A stretch of 64,000 nt of DNA from an uncultured Candidatus Saccharibacteria bacterium (lineage in GTDB: Bacteria > Patescibacteriota > Minisyncoccia > Phycocordibacterales > UBA9973). The stretch covers positions 40,342 to 104,341 of the forward strand of contig CAYVDC010000003.1 in the NCBI GenBank assembly GCA_964450735.1. The letters run 5' to 3'. Position numbers and translations under genes: made by a program. Each line of letters starts with the position of its first letter. Positions within the stretch are counted from its first letter, which is position 1. Of the stretch, positions 48,683 through 56,829 are shown in pieces. The notes under the pieces were generated by a model. It was given only the letters and a program-made list of their open reading frames with translations. It searched no databases and was not told where the DNA came from.

Positions 48683-50401
48683 TTAGAGGATTTCTTTTTG
48701 GTAACACTGTTCACAATATACTTTTTCAGGACGGTTTGGCGAGTAGGTAGTTTCAAAGGTATTTGAGCAGGCTCCAGAATGGCTGTGGCCGGAAATATCA
48801 CACGAGCAGGTTCGAGTATGCAGCTTCGGCACATTTCGAAGCGCCAATCGCTCATAATGACGACAGTTAGGGCAAAGGTTTGGCAGCGGAATATTCATTC
48901 GTTTGCAGAAATCAAATTCAGTCTCAATCATGCGGAATGCGCCCGTACATTCATGTGTGCAGGATTCTTTGTGAGCACATTCAATAACCTGATCAAGAAT
49001 AGTTTTGTCAGCATCTTGGATATTGTCGGCAAGATTTTCTGCTGGAATTGTAATCGTGTATTGCTGTTTCGCAATCGGATACCAAACTAATCCTTTCTCA
49101 GTCGCCTCAGTTTCAGTTAGCGGAAAGAATTCATGCGCCTGAGTCGCATAATATGGAAATGGGGACATACTTGATGGGAAAAACTCGCCATATTCCCCTG
49201 TTGTTTCCATATGTTCGATAATTTTTGGAACTAATGCCTCATATTCTTCCTTTGAATATTGCTTGTTTAAAATGCAATATTTTTTATTGCGGAGTGACAC
49301 GCAGCCAAAAAGATATGAAGCATTGCTGCAGTGAACTGAATACTCCATAAATGAAGCATTTGGATATCCCTCTGCGCAGAATTTCACATTCGAAACGCCA
49401 GTACCCATAACCATGGATTCGTAGACGAGCTCTGCGTTGTCTCCGTAGTTGCTGTAATCGTAACAGTCTTTGACCGGGCCAGTCAGAATATTTTGGATGT
49501 ATTTGCTGTCTTCGGTTCCACGAACACGATAGCAATCTTTTGCATTCTTGGATTCGTAAATATAGTCGCCGGAAACATTTACATTCTGGCCGCCATGCAT
49601 GAACTTGTGCGGAAATGTTTTCCAATGCTTGTACGCTTCTTCTCGTGCAGTATCAAACGATTTCCGTGAACCAAGATTCATTTCAGCTATTTTCGCAAAG
49701 TATTCTTCTTTTGAATACGGCTGATTAAAAATATGATACGACTTGCTTCTCAAACCAATTGAGCCGAAGCAATCATTGCATCCGACGCAGTCTTTAGAAA
49801 GTGTCATTTCGTGACACTTTTCACAATCTACTGAAAAGAAGGTCCTGTAGCATTCGATCGTATTTATATTGCCATAGCTGAGCTCGCAGCGATTGGTCAT
49901 GTGGCTGTCGAAACACTGTTTCGAGCCTTGATCCCAGATAACATAGGCAGAATCCTCGGTAAATGACGCTCCACGAACAAGGTAGCAATTCTTGATATCG
50001 TTTGCATTAGTACAATACTGAGAATTGACCGCGTTCATAATCGGATGCGCTGGCAGTGGAACAGAATGAAATAATTCCTGCCACTGCTCAAAAAACGGTC
50101 GGTTGAAATCAAAATCACGGCCATGATCCATTGGATCCCAGGCATCAGACATCCAATATTCTTTGTCGTAAATTTTTACCGGGCTTTCTTCAGGATACAA
50201 AGAAAAAATCTTCTCGCCAGTTCGCTCATCGGTTTTCTTGAAAAGATGCCAGTCGTTACGCCATGAGAGACGACGTTTAAGACGGCATTCAGGACAAAGC
50301 GTTGGCGGAGGAACTTGGATTTTGGAATAGAAATCAAAGTCCTCTGCGAGAATATCAAAAGTAGTATTGCAGTTCGCACATGCGACTGAAGCGGTTTCCA
50401 T
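48683..50401 (-). CDS. cysteine-rich zinc-ribbon paralog G (type II)
   Basis: N-terminal CANCNTTF...FYSKIQVPPPTLCPECRLKRR, then ERTGEKIFS with no second knuckle, then YDKEYWMSDAWDP. The C-terminal ribbon is intact. Confidence 0.8.
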   Translation of the reverse strand: METASVACANCNTTFDILAEDFDFYSKIQVPPPTLCPECRLKRRLSWRNDWHLFKKTDERTGEKIFSLYPEESPVKIYDKEYWMSDAWDPMDHGRDFDFNRPFFEQWQELFHSVPLPAHPIMNAVNSQYCTNANDIKNCYLVRGASFTEDSAYVIWDQGSKQCFDSHMTNRCELSYGNINTIECYRTFFSVDCEKCHEMTLSKDCVGCNDCFGSIGLRSKSYHIFNQPYSKEEYFAKIAEMNLGSRKSFDTAREEAYKHWKTFPHKFMHGGQNVNVSGDYIYESKNAKDCYRVRGTEDSKYIQNILTGPVKDCYDYSNYGDNAELVYESMVMGTGVSNVKFCAEGYPNASFMEYSVHCSNASYLFGCVSLRNKKYCILNKQYSKEEYEALVPKIIEHMETTGEYGEFFPSSMSPFPYYATQAHEFFPLTETEATEKGLVWYPIAKQQYTITIPAENLADNIQDADKTILDQVIECAHKESCTHECTGAFRMIETEFDFCKRMNIPLPNLCPNCRHYERLALRNVPKLHTRTCSCDISGHSHSGACSNTFETTYSPNRPEKVYCEQCYQKEIL

Positions 50402-50481
50402 GCCTCAAATATACCACGAAATGCCCCTTTGTCTGTAAGATTTCTTTTTGACTACCGTCTCTATCTATGTTCCCGTTCTCT

Positions 50482-50522
50482 GACATTTTGTAAGGTTAAG
50501 CAAGCAAATCAAGGGTTATTTT
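50482..50522. repeat. 12-bp perfect inverted repeat AAGGTTAAGCAA-N17-TTGCTTAACCTT in a divergent intergenic region
   Basis: Seen directly in the sequence. It lies between the paralog G start (-) and the lipoprotein gene (+). Confidence 0.45.
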
Positions 50523-50548
50523 GCTTAACCTTATAAACCATACCTCTT

Positions 50549-51070
50549 ATGACCCAGACTAACCGCCTATTTGCCGCCTGTATTTTTACTGCCCTCTTGT
50601 CCATCTCTGTATGCAGTAAAGAGTCCGATATTGTACCGAACTACGCCCGCACTATTGTTGCGCCTGCTAACACTCAACAGACGACCAAAGAAATTTGGGA
50701 TGTAGTACTAATTGTTACATACCAGGGTACTGTTGATACTGTTGCGTTAGATTCAACAACCGATATCGTGCCGCTGCTTTCAGGTTCACTAACAAATCCG
50801 AACAAACAAATTGGACATTGTTTTCGCTTCCCCATTGTAAAAGTGTGCGCAGCATACACAACCGAAAACCAGAATGTAAATTCAGTTACCGGCAATGTGC
50901 TCTCTGGCCCATACAAAGGCAAATCATTTGTTATGCACAATATTCACACCACTAACGAAAGTTTGATCACCACAACAAGCGCCACAACTCTTTCTATTTG
51001 CGGCGGCCCACAGAAAGTAACAGATGTATATTTCATCTGTAAAAAAAGAACTACGCACGTAACCCAATAA
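50549..51070 (+). CDS. hypothetical lipoprotein, paralog of 37657..38286
   Basis: Lipobox ISVC followed by SKESDIVP and a C-terminal SICGGPQ...C motif shared with the 37657 ORF. Confidence 0.5.
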   Translation: MTQTNRLFAACIFTALLSISVCSKESDIVPNYARTIVAPANTQQTTKEIWDVVLIVTYQGTVDTVALDSTTDIVPLLSGSLTNPNKQIGHCFRFPIVKVCAAYTTENQNVNSVTGNVLSGPYKGKSFVMHNIHTTNESLITTTSATTLSICGGPQKVTDVYFICKKRTTHVTQ

Positions 51071-51090
51071 TGTTTCTAAATAAATTTTAA

Positions 51091-51119
51091 AAGGCTGCCC
51101 TCTCGGACAGCCTTTTTTC
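51091..51119 (+). terminator. rho-independent terminator
   Basis: aaggctgccc-tctc-ggacagcctt followed by tttttt. Confidence 0.6.
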
Positions 51120-51124
51120 ATGTA

Positions 51125-51340
51125 TTAGTGAGCGCTCTCAACCATCAATTCATACGGAACTGAAAGTATAGAAACGACAGCCCAGAGTGGAAAGATGCCG
51201 ATGCGTATGACCCAGTAGAGCGGGTCATGTCGATCCATTTTTTGGTAGAGGTCGCTTACTTTGAGGAGTAGGAGGTTCAGTGGAATATATACTACGCCAA
51301 TGACGATGGCCAAAAGCATTTTTATGAGTGTGATGATCAT
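51125..51340 (-). CDS. small hypothetical membrane protein
   Basis: Two TM helices. It overlaps the upstream gene by 4 nt. Confidence 0.3.
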   Translation of the reverse strand: MIITLIKMLLAIVIGVVYIPLNLLLLKVSDLYQKMDRHDPLYWVIRIGIFPLWAVVSILSVPYELMVESAH

Positions 51341-51612
51341 TGCTTTACTCCAGTTACTTTTTTAAATGCCTTTGCTCCGCGCGAAACTACATGTGAGCCA
51401 CGAGTGACAGTGGCAATACCAAGCCCGAGATCAGTTGCGATCGCACGCTGCGCTTCGCCAGCTATAAGCCGAGTAAGTATCTCAAATCTGCGTACTAACT
51501 CTACATACTCCTTTTCAGTGAGAACTTCAGTCAAAAAAGCTTTGAGAACTTTCTCATCTTTCCCCGCTTTTATCAGTGCTGCTATGAGTTTTTTTTCGTA
51601 GGACTTATTCAT
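51337..51612 (-). CDS. YerC/YecD-like TrpR-family DNA-binding protein
   Basis: LTEKEYVELVRRFEILTRLIAGEAQRAIATDLGLGIATVTRGS is a TrpR-like HTH. It is encoded 4 nt downstream of trpS. Confidence 0.6.
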   Translation of the reverse strand: MNKSYEKKLIAALIKAGKDEKVLKAFLTEVLTEKEYVELVRRFEILTRLIAGEAQRAIATDLGLGIATVTRGSHVVSRGAKAFKKVTGVKQ

Positions 51613-51615
51613 AGA

Positions 51616-52623
51616 TTAAAAGTAGTTGATCTTCATTGCTTCTTTGACTTCAAGCAATGTTTTTCGCGCGGTCTCACGGGCTTTTTCGGTTCCTTCTTTT
51701 AGAATTGCCATGATCTGTTCAGGATTCTTGGCGAGCTCTTCGCGCTTCTCACGGATCGGCGTAATTAATTCCTGCAAAATACCGATCAAGCGCTTTTTGA
51801 TAACAACATCGCCAAGTCCGCCTTTTTGGTACTGGGCTTTGAGTTCTGCAACCTCTTCTTTGTTTGGATCAAAAATGTCGAGGTACTGGAAAACAACATT
51901 GCCTTCTACTTTTCCAGGATCCTGTACATGAATGTGCGTCGGATCTGTGTACATCTGCATGACTTTCTTTTCAATGACTTCGTTTGAGTCAGAAAGTTCA
52001 ATGCTATTGCCGAGCGACTTGGACATTTTTGCGTTACCATCCATACCGACGAGGCGTGAGGTCTCAGAAAGTTTTACGTCTACTTTGGAAAATACTTCGC
52101 CATAAATCGAATTGAATTTCTGAAGAATATCGTTTGTCTGTTCGATGTGTGGAACCTGGTCTACTCCAACCGGAATAACATTTGCCTTGAACGCAAGAAT
52201 ATCTGCCGCTTGGGAAACTGGATAGATCAAAAATCCTGCGTTAACATCCTCACCGTAGCCTTTCTGTGTCATCTCATCTTTGACAGTGGGATTGCGTTTG
52301 AGTCGTGCCAGTGTGACGAGGTTCAGGAAAAAGACAGTAAGTTCAGCGATTTCTGGAACTTCAGATTGTATGAAAAAAGTAGTTTTGGCTGGATCAAGTC
52401 CGCAGGCCATATTGTCGAGAACAACTTCAAGAACATTGTTGCGCACTTTTTCTGGATTCTCAGCATTGTCAGTGAGACCTTGAACGTCGGCTACCATATA
52501 AAAAGCCTTGTCGTATTCTCCTTGGAGTTTGACGCGGTTCTGAATCGAGCCTACGTAGTGGCCCAAATGAAGTTTGCCTGTCGGGCGGTCGCCTGTCAGG
52601 AGGACCTTGGTTTTGTCTGTCAT
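51616..52623 (-). CDS. trpS: tryptophanyl-tRNA synthetase
   Basis: TGDRPTGKLHLGHYVGS (HIGH) and KMSKS motifs. Confidence 0.9.
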   Translation of the reverse strand: MTDKTKVLLTGDRPTGKLHLGHYVGSIQNRVKLQGEYDKAFYMVADVQGLTDNAENPEKVRNNVLEVVLDNMACGLDPAKTTFFIQSEVPEIAELTVFFLNLVTLARLKRNPTVKDEMTQKGYGEDVNAGFLIYPVSQAADILAFKANVIPVGVDQVPHIEQTNDILQKFNSIYGEVFSKVDVKLSETSRLVGMDGNAKMSKSLGNSIELSDSNEVIEKKVMQMYTDPTHIHVQDPGKVEGNVVFQYLDIFDPNKEEVAELKAQYQKGGLGDVVIKKRLIGILQELITPIREKREELAKNPEQIMAILKEGTEKARETARKTLLEVKEAMKINYF

Positions 52624-52650
52624 AGGGCTATTGTAGCAAAATTTGGCAAG

Positions 52651-52677
52651 AAAAAAAGCCGGTTGTGGTAACCGGCT
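52651..52677 (-). terminator. rho-independent terminator of the upstream HD-like gene
   Basis: agccggttacc..ggtaaccggct hairpin followed by a U-run on the - strand. Confidence 0.5.
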
Positions 52678-52702
52678 TTATATAATATCGATGAAGGTAA
52701 AA

Positions 52703-53395
52703 TTAGGTAAGTTCGTAGAACAAGTTTCTCAAAACTGGGCTAGAAAGTTTTGTATTGATTTTTTCTTCAGTATAAAACTCGCTTAAGTCCTTATTGAATC
52801 TCTTTTCTAGGACTTTTACTTCGATTATCATCTGAAGATAGTCAATCTGTTTTACTAATATTGCAGTTGGGTCTTTTTGTGCAACATACCGTTGCCAAAG
52901 ATTGTAATCATATTTTAAGTTACGGGAGTCACCAAAGACAGTAACTACGCTTGCATGTTCGAGATTGTATTTCTCTTCTTTGCTTATATTTTCGCTCGGT
53001 GTTATATCGCCTTTTTCATTAATCACTTCTCCATTTTCATGTCCAATGGTCATAATGAGAGCATCTTCCCAGTCAACGCCAGGAAATTGATCCCTAAAAC
53101 CAGAACGAACAACACGAAGCAAAATTAACATTCCGAAGATATGTTCAGCATCGCTTTCGCACAAGAAGAAAGGAATATCGCGCCCAGGCAGCAAATAACC
53201 TGCTCGTGCAATGTAATTGAGACGTTTGGTATGCAAAATGAACCGCATGTTTGACGAAAGCTTCTGTTGATCGAAAAAATGGGTAACATCACCTTCCTTG
53301 TAGTATTTTTCTCCCTTTAGGAAGATTGTTAATTTAGGAAAAAAAAGCAACCAGTATTTCACTTGAATCAGGTAGGACTGTAGGTTTTTTATCAT
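52703..53395 (-). CDS. HD-domain hydrolase-like protein (YfbR-like 5'-nucleotidase fold?)
   Basis: SDAEHIFGMLIL and MTIGHENGEVINEKGDI resemble the HD H...HD...D motifs. Confidence 0.4.
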   Translation of the reverse strand: MIKNLQSYLIQVKYWLLFFPKLTIFLKGEKYYKEGDVTHFFDQQKLSSNMRFILHTKRLNYIARAGYLLPGRDIPFFLCESDAEHIFGMLILLRVVRSGFRDQFPGVDWEDALIMTIGHENGEVINEKGDITPSENISKEEKYNLEHASVVTVFGDSRNLKYDYNLWQRYVAQKDPTAILVKQIDYLQMIIEVKVLEKRFNKDLSEFYTEEKINTKLSSPVLRNLFYELT

Positions 53396-53526
53396 GGGGT
53401 AGTTTTTTTGTCATTTAATCACAAAACCTCCTTTTGTCAAAATGCTTCTCCCCACGTTTATAACACCTTTATGCGATTTTTAAAGTTTCGATGGGCTTGC
53501 TGCCGTGTTACAATCTCCTTACCAAT

Positions 53527-54918
53527 ATGACAAAACAACCCAACGGCATGCGCATTCCCCCACAAAGCATAGACTCAGAACGAGCAGTTCTTGGAGCTGT
53601 TATGCTTCGTCCAACTGCCCTTCAAGAAATCGAAGACATCATCGCAGCCGAGGCTTTTTATGTCGACAAGCACCGCATTATTTTCCGTGCCATGCAGGAG
53701 CTTGCCGAAAAGCACGAGCCGATCGACGTGCTCTCGCTCACCCATACGCTCAAAGAAAAAAAACAGCTTGATTCAATCGGTGGCAGCGCATACCTCGCAG
53801 AACTTACACAGACTGTTCCTGCTTCAACAAATGCAAAGTACTACGCGGAAATCGTAAACAAAAAATACATTCTTCGCTCATTGATTGATGCATCAGATGT
53901 CATTTCTCAATCTGCGTTTAACGAAGGCGATGAAGAGATCGATGACGTGCTCGACCAGGCAGAAAAGAAGATCTTTGAGATCACCAACAGCCCCAAAGGA
54001 CAAAAATTCATCAGCATGAAGGAGTCTTTGGCTACCGCTTGGGATCGTATTGAACGCCTCCACGAAAATCGCGGCGAGCTTCGCGGTGTGCCGACAGGAT
54101 TCAAGGCGCTCGACAATATCTTGGCTGGATTCCAGAAGTCAGACCTTATCATCCTCGCTGCTCGACCATCCGTCGGTAAAACCTCCCTTGCCCTCGACAT
54201 CGCTCGTATGACGGCAATCAAGCATGGAACACCGGTTGGAATATTCTCATTGGAAATGGACTCACAGCAACTCGTAGACCGTATGCTTGCCGCTGAAGCA
54301 AAGGTTAATGCGTGGCAGCTCCGAACTGGAAACCTCCCTCAGCAAGGAAACGAATTTACCGCCCTTGCCACAGCTCTTGATACCCTTTCAAAAGCCCCAA
54401 TCTACATTAACGACGATTCATCAAGCTCGATCTCAAAGATGCGTGCCTTTGCACGACGACTCAAGGCTGAACACGGCCTTGGTTTGATCATTGTCGACTA
54501 CTTGCAGCTCATGACCACATCCAAGAGCTATGACAACATGGTGAACCAGGTGACTGAAATCTCACGATCCCTCAAAGGATTGGCTCGTGACCTCGAAGTG
54601 CCTGTCATTGCCCTCTCACAGCTCTCTCGTGCAGTTGAATCCCGCGGAGGTAAGCCTCGACTCTCCGACCTCCGAGACTCCGGTTCCATTGAGCAAGACG
54701 CGGACGTGGTAATGTTCATCCACCGCGAAATCGACCAAGAAAAAGGTGGTAAGATGAATACCGCAGAAATCATGATCGAAAAGCACCGTAACGGTCCGAC
54801 TGGAAAAGTCGATCTCTTCTTTGATGACAAGTACACGACATTCGTCGATCCAGAAGAAGGACATGGATACGAAAAGATGGCTGCACAAGCTGGCCCAAGT
54901 TCATTCGGAATCTTCTAA
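53527..54918 (+). CDS. dnaB: replicative DNA helicase
   Basis: The N-terminal domain (PPQSIDSERAVLGAVML) and RecA-like C-terminal domain are DnaB-like. Confidence 0.9.
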   Translation: MTKQPNGMRIPPQSIDSERAVLGAVMLRPTALQEIEDIIAAEAFYVDKHRIIFRAMQELAEKHEPIDVLSLTHTLKEKKQLDSIGGSAYLAELTQTVPASTNAKYYAEIVNKKYILRSLIDASDVISQSAFNEGDEEIDDVLDQAEKKIFEITNSPKGQKFISMKESLATAWDRIERLHENRGELRGVPTGFKALDNILAGFQKSDLIILAARPSVGKTSLALDIARMTAIKHGTPVGIFSLEMDSQQLVDRMLAAEAKVNAWQLRTGNLPQQGNEFTALATALDTLSKAPIYINDDSSSSISKMRAFARRLKAEHGLGLIIVDYLQLMTTSKSYDNMVNQVTEISRSLKGLARDLEVPVIALSQLSRAVESRGGKPRLSDLRDSGSIEQDADVVMFIHREIDQEKGGKMNTAEIMIEKHRNGPTGKVDLFFDDKYTTFVDPEEGHGYEKMAAQAGPSSFGIF

Positions 54919-54943
54919 AGAAAAATAAATATAATAAAAGTAT

Positions 54944-55561
54944 ATGAGCGAACATATTGAGAAATTAGCAGAACTCTTCAAGGAATTCCCTGGCATCGGT
55001 GAACGACAGGCGAAGCGTTTTGTGTATTTTCTGCTTGCAAAACATCCTGCCTATCTGCGCGAGCTTGCGACAAATATCCAATCCATCCAGCAAAGCATTT
55101 CCCAGTGCCAAATGTGCTTCCGCTATTTTGAAAAGCGCGACGCGCGCATTTGCGACATTTGTTCAAATCCAAAAACAGATATGAGTTCGCTTTTGATTAT
55201 TGAAAAAGACTCAGACCTCGAAGCAATCCGACGAAGCGCAACATATAAAGGCGCGTACTTTGTTTTTGGCGGCGTTATCCCCGTGGCAGATGAAAAAACT
55301 CTTAGCTATACTCATCTTAAAGAATTAGAAAAAAGAATCACTGACGACCTTGGTAAAGGCGTGCTCAAAGAAGTCATCCTCGCCTTCTCGCTCTCGCCGC
55401 AGGGAGACTACACTGACATGTATCTCAAACAAGTACTCGGTCCAATTCTCGAAAGCGGATCAGCAAAACTAACATCACTTGGCCGTGGTCTTTCAACCGG
55501 CTCAGAATTGGAATACTCAGACCGCGATACCCTCAGTTACGCTTTGCAAAATAGAAAATAA
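54944..55561 (+). CDS. recR: recombination protein RecR
   Basis: HhH N-terminus, C4 zinc finger CQMC...CDIC, and Toprim domain. Confidence 0.9.
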   Translation: MSEHIEKLAELFKEFPGIGERQAKRFVYFLLAKHPAYLRELATNIQSIQQSISQCQMCFRYFEKRDARICDICSNPKTDMSSLLIIEKDSDLEAIRRSATYKGAYFVFGGVIPVADEKTLSYTHLKELEKRITDDLGKGVLKEVILAFSLSPQGDYTDMYLKQVLGPILESGSAKLTSLGRGLSTGSELEYSDRDTLSYALQNRK

Positions 55562-55581
55562 AATATTTTTTGCATAAAAAA

Positions 55582-55610
55582 AACCGCATGGATAGGACAT
55601 GCGGTTTTTT
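55582..55610 (+). terminator. rho-independent terminator
   Basis: accgcatg-gatagga-catgcggt followed by tttttt. Confidence 0.65.
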
Positions 55611-55773
55611 CGTAAAGGAGCCACGTCGACTTGGCGAACCTTATTGATCTTGTGGAGGCCTTGCCTCTCTGAATAGTCTTTTGCAATACTATTCCAGATC
55701 GACCTACAACAATTATACTAAGAGAAATATATTTAGCTACACAAAAATGTGGAAAACTGTGGAAAAGAATTTT

Positions 55774-56676
55774 TTACGCAGTCGCAAGATTTTTTTCATG
55801 ATGCAATGATTCACATTGCGGTCCACAGTACGATGCATTTTCATTCGGATCGCATGATTCGCAGACGATCATGTGCTCATGGCATTGCGGATACGCGCAG
55901 TTCACGTATCGTTCGCTCGCGCTGTCGCATTTTTTGCATCGTCCGATGATTTCGTGCGTTGTCGGATCATCAAATGTTACCGTTTTTCGCTTATCAAACA
56001 CGTACAAGCTTCCTTTGAAGTGCTGAGATGGGAATTGTTCCATATAAGTAACCATTCCGCCGTCTAGCTGGTACACATTATTGAATCCTTCTTTCTTGAG
56101 AAGTCCTGATGCCTTTTCGCAGCGAACGCCGCCAGTACAAACAGTGAGAACGGTCTTGTCTTTCAAGTTTTCAATTTCAGAAAGTTTTTCTTTGAGGTCG
56201 CGGAAGTTCTTGAGTCCTGGGAAAATAGTGTTTTCAAATTTGCCAACCTGTAATTCATAGTCGTTGCGCATATCGACGACATAAAATTCCTTGCCTGACT
56301 CGTACCACTTCTGAAGTTCTTCTGCTTTGAGGTGCGTACCGGTTATTTCGTTCGGATCGATGTCGGCTTCATGGAGATGAAGTGAGACAATTTCATTTCG
56401 GACTTTCACCGAGAGGCGTGGAAATGAATCTCCAAGTCCGCGGCTTTTCTTCCAGTGGATGTTACGAAAACGCCGATCGGTGTTCATCCAGGCGATGTAT
56501 TTTTCGGTATTTTCTTTGGTGCCTTCGATCGTGCCGTTAATGCCTTCTTTGGCTACAATGATGCGCCCCTTCATGCCTAAAGCCTCGCAAAAGGCCTTCT
56601 GAGAGGCCATAACGAGCTCAGGCTGGTCGATCTGTACATATTTGTAGTAGAGGAGGATTTGAAAATCTTGTTCCAT
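55774..56676 (-). CDS. trhO: tRNA U34 hydroxylase TrhO (rhodanese-like, UPF0176/YceA) with Cys-rich C-terminal extension
   Basis: N-terminal ILLYYKYVQIDQPE...GRIIVAKEGINGT, rhodanese CTGGVRCEKAS, and a C-terminal CxxC cluster. Confidence 0.7.
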   Translation of the reverse strand: MEQDFQILLYYKYVQIDQPELVMASQKAFCEALGMKGRIIVAKEGINGTIEGTKENTEKYIAWMNTDRRFRNIHWKKSRGLGDSFPRLSVKVRNEIVSLHLHEADIDPNEITGTHLKAEELQKWYESGKEFYVVDMRNDYELQVGKFENTIFPGLKNFRDLKEKLSEIENLKDKTVLTVCTGGVRCEKASGLLKKEGFNNVYQLDGGMVTYMEQFPSQHFKGSLYVFDKRKTVTFDDPTTHEIIGRCKKCDSASERYVNCAYPQCHEHMIVCESCDPNENASYCGPQCESLHHEKNLATA

Positions 56677-56718
56677 ATGAGGAGTACTATACCCTATTTT
56701 TGTTGGTTTTTCTAGCTA

Positions 56719-56747
56719 TTGACTATATATTAAATATGTAGTATAAT
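56719..56747 (+). promoter_or_regulatory. consensus sigma70-type promoter
   Basis: TTGACT-17 nt-TATAAT, upstream of a 44-codon ORF. Confidence 0.45.
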
Positions 56748-56829
56748 ACTCATATGACTGGGTAACACCAGCATCGTATCTCGAAGGACCGTATGCCTTC
56801 TAAATTCATTTACATTGTAATCATACTTT

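Noticed and set aside
7904-50401. Periodic sequence similarity across the window, checked as a possible CRISPR array or interspersed repeat family
   Set aside because: The repeats are protein-coding paralogs of about 1.7 kb each with diverged sequence. There are no short direct repeats with unique spacers and no cas genes.
52624-52700. Hairpin upstream of trpS, considered as a T-box leader
   Set aside because: Only about 75 nt are available with no T-box consensus, and the hairpin is better explained as the terminator of the upstream HD-like gene.
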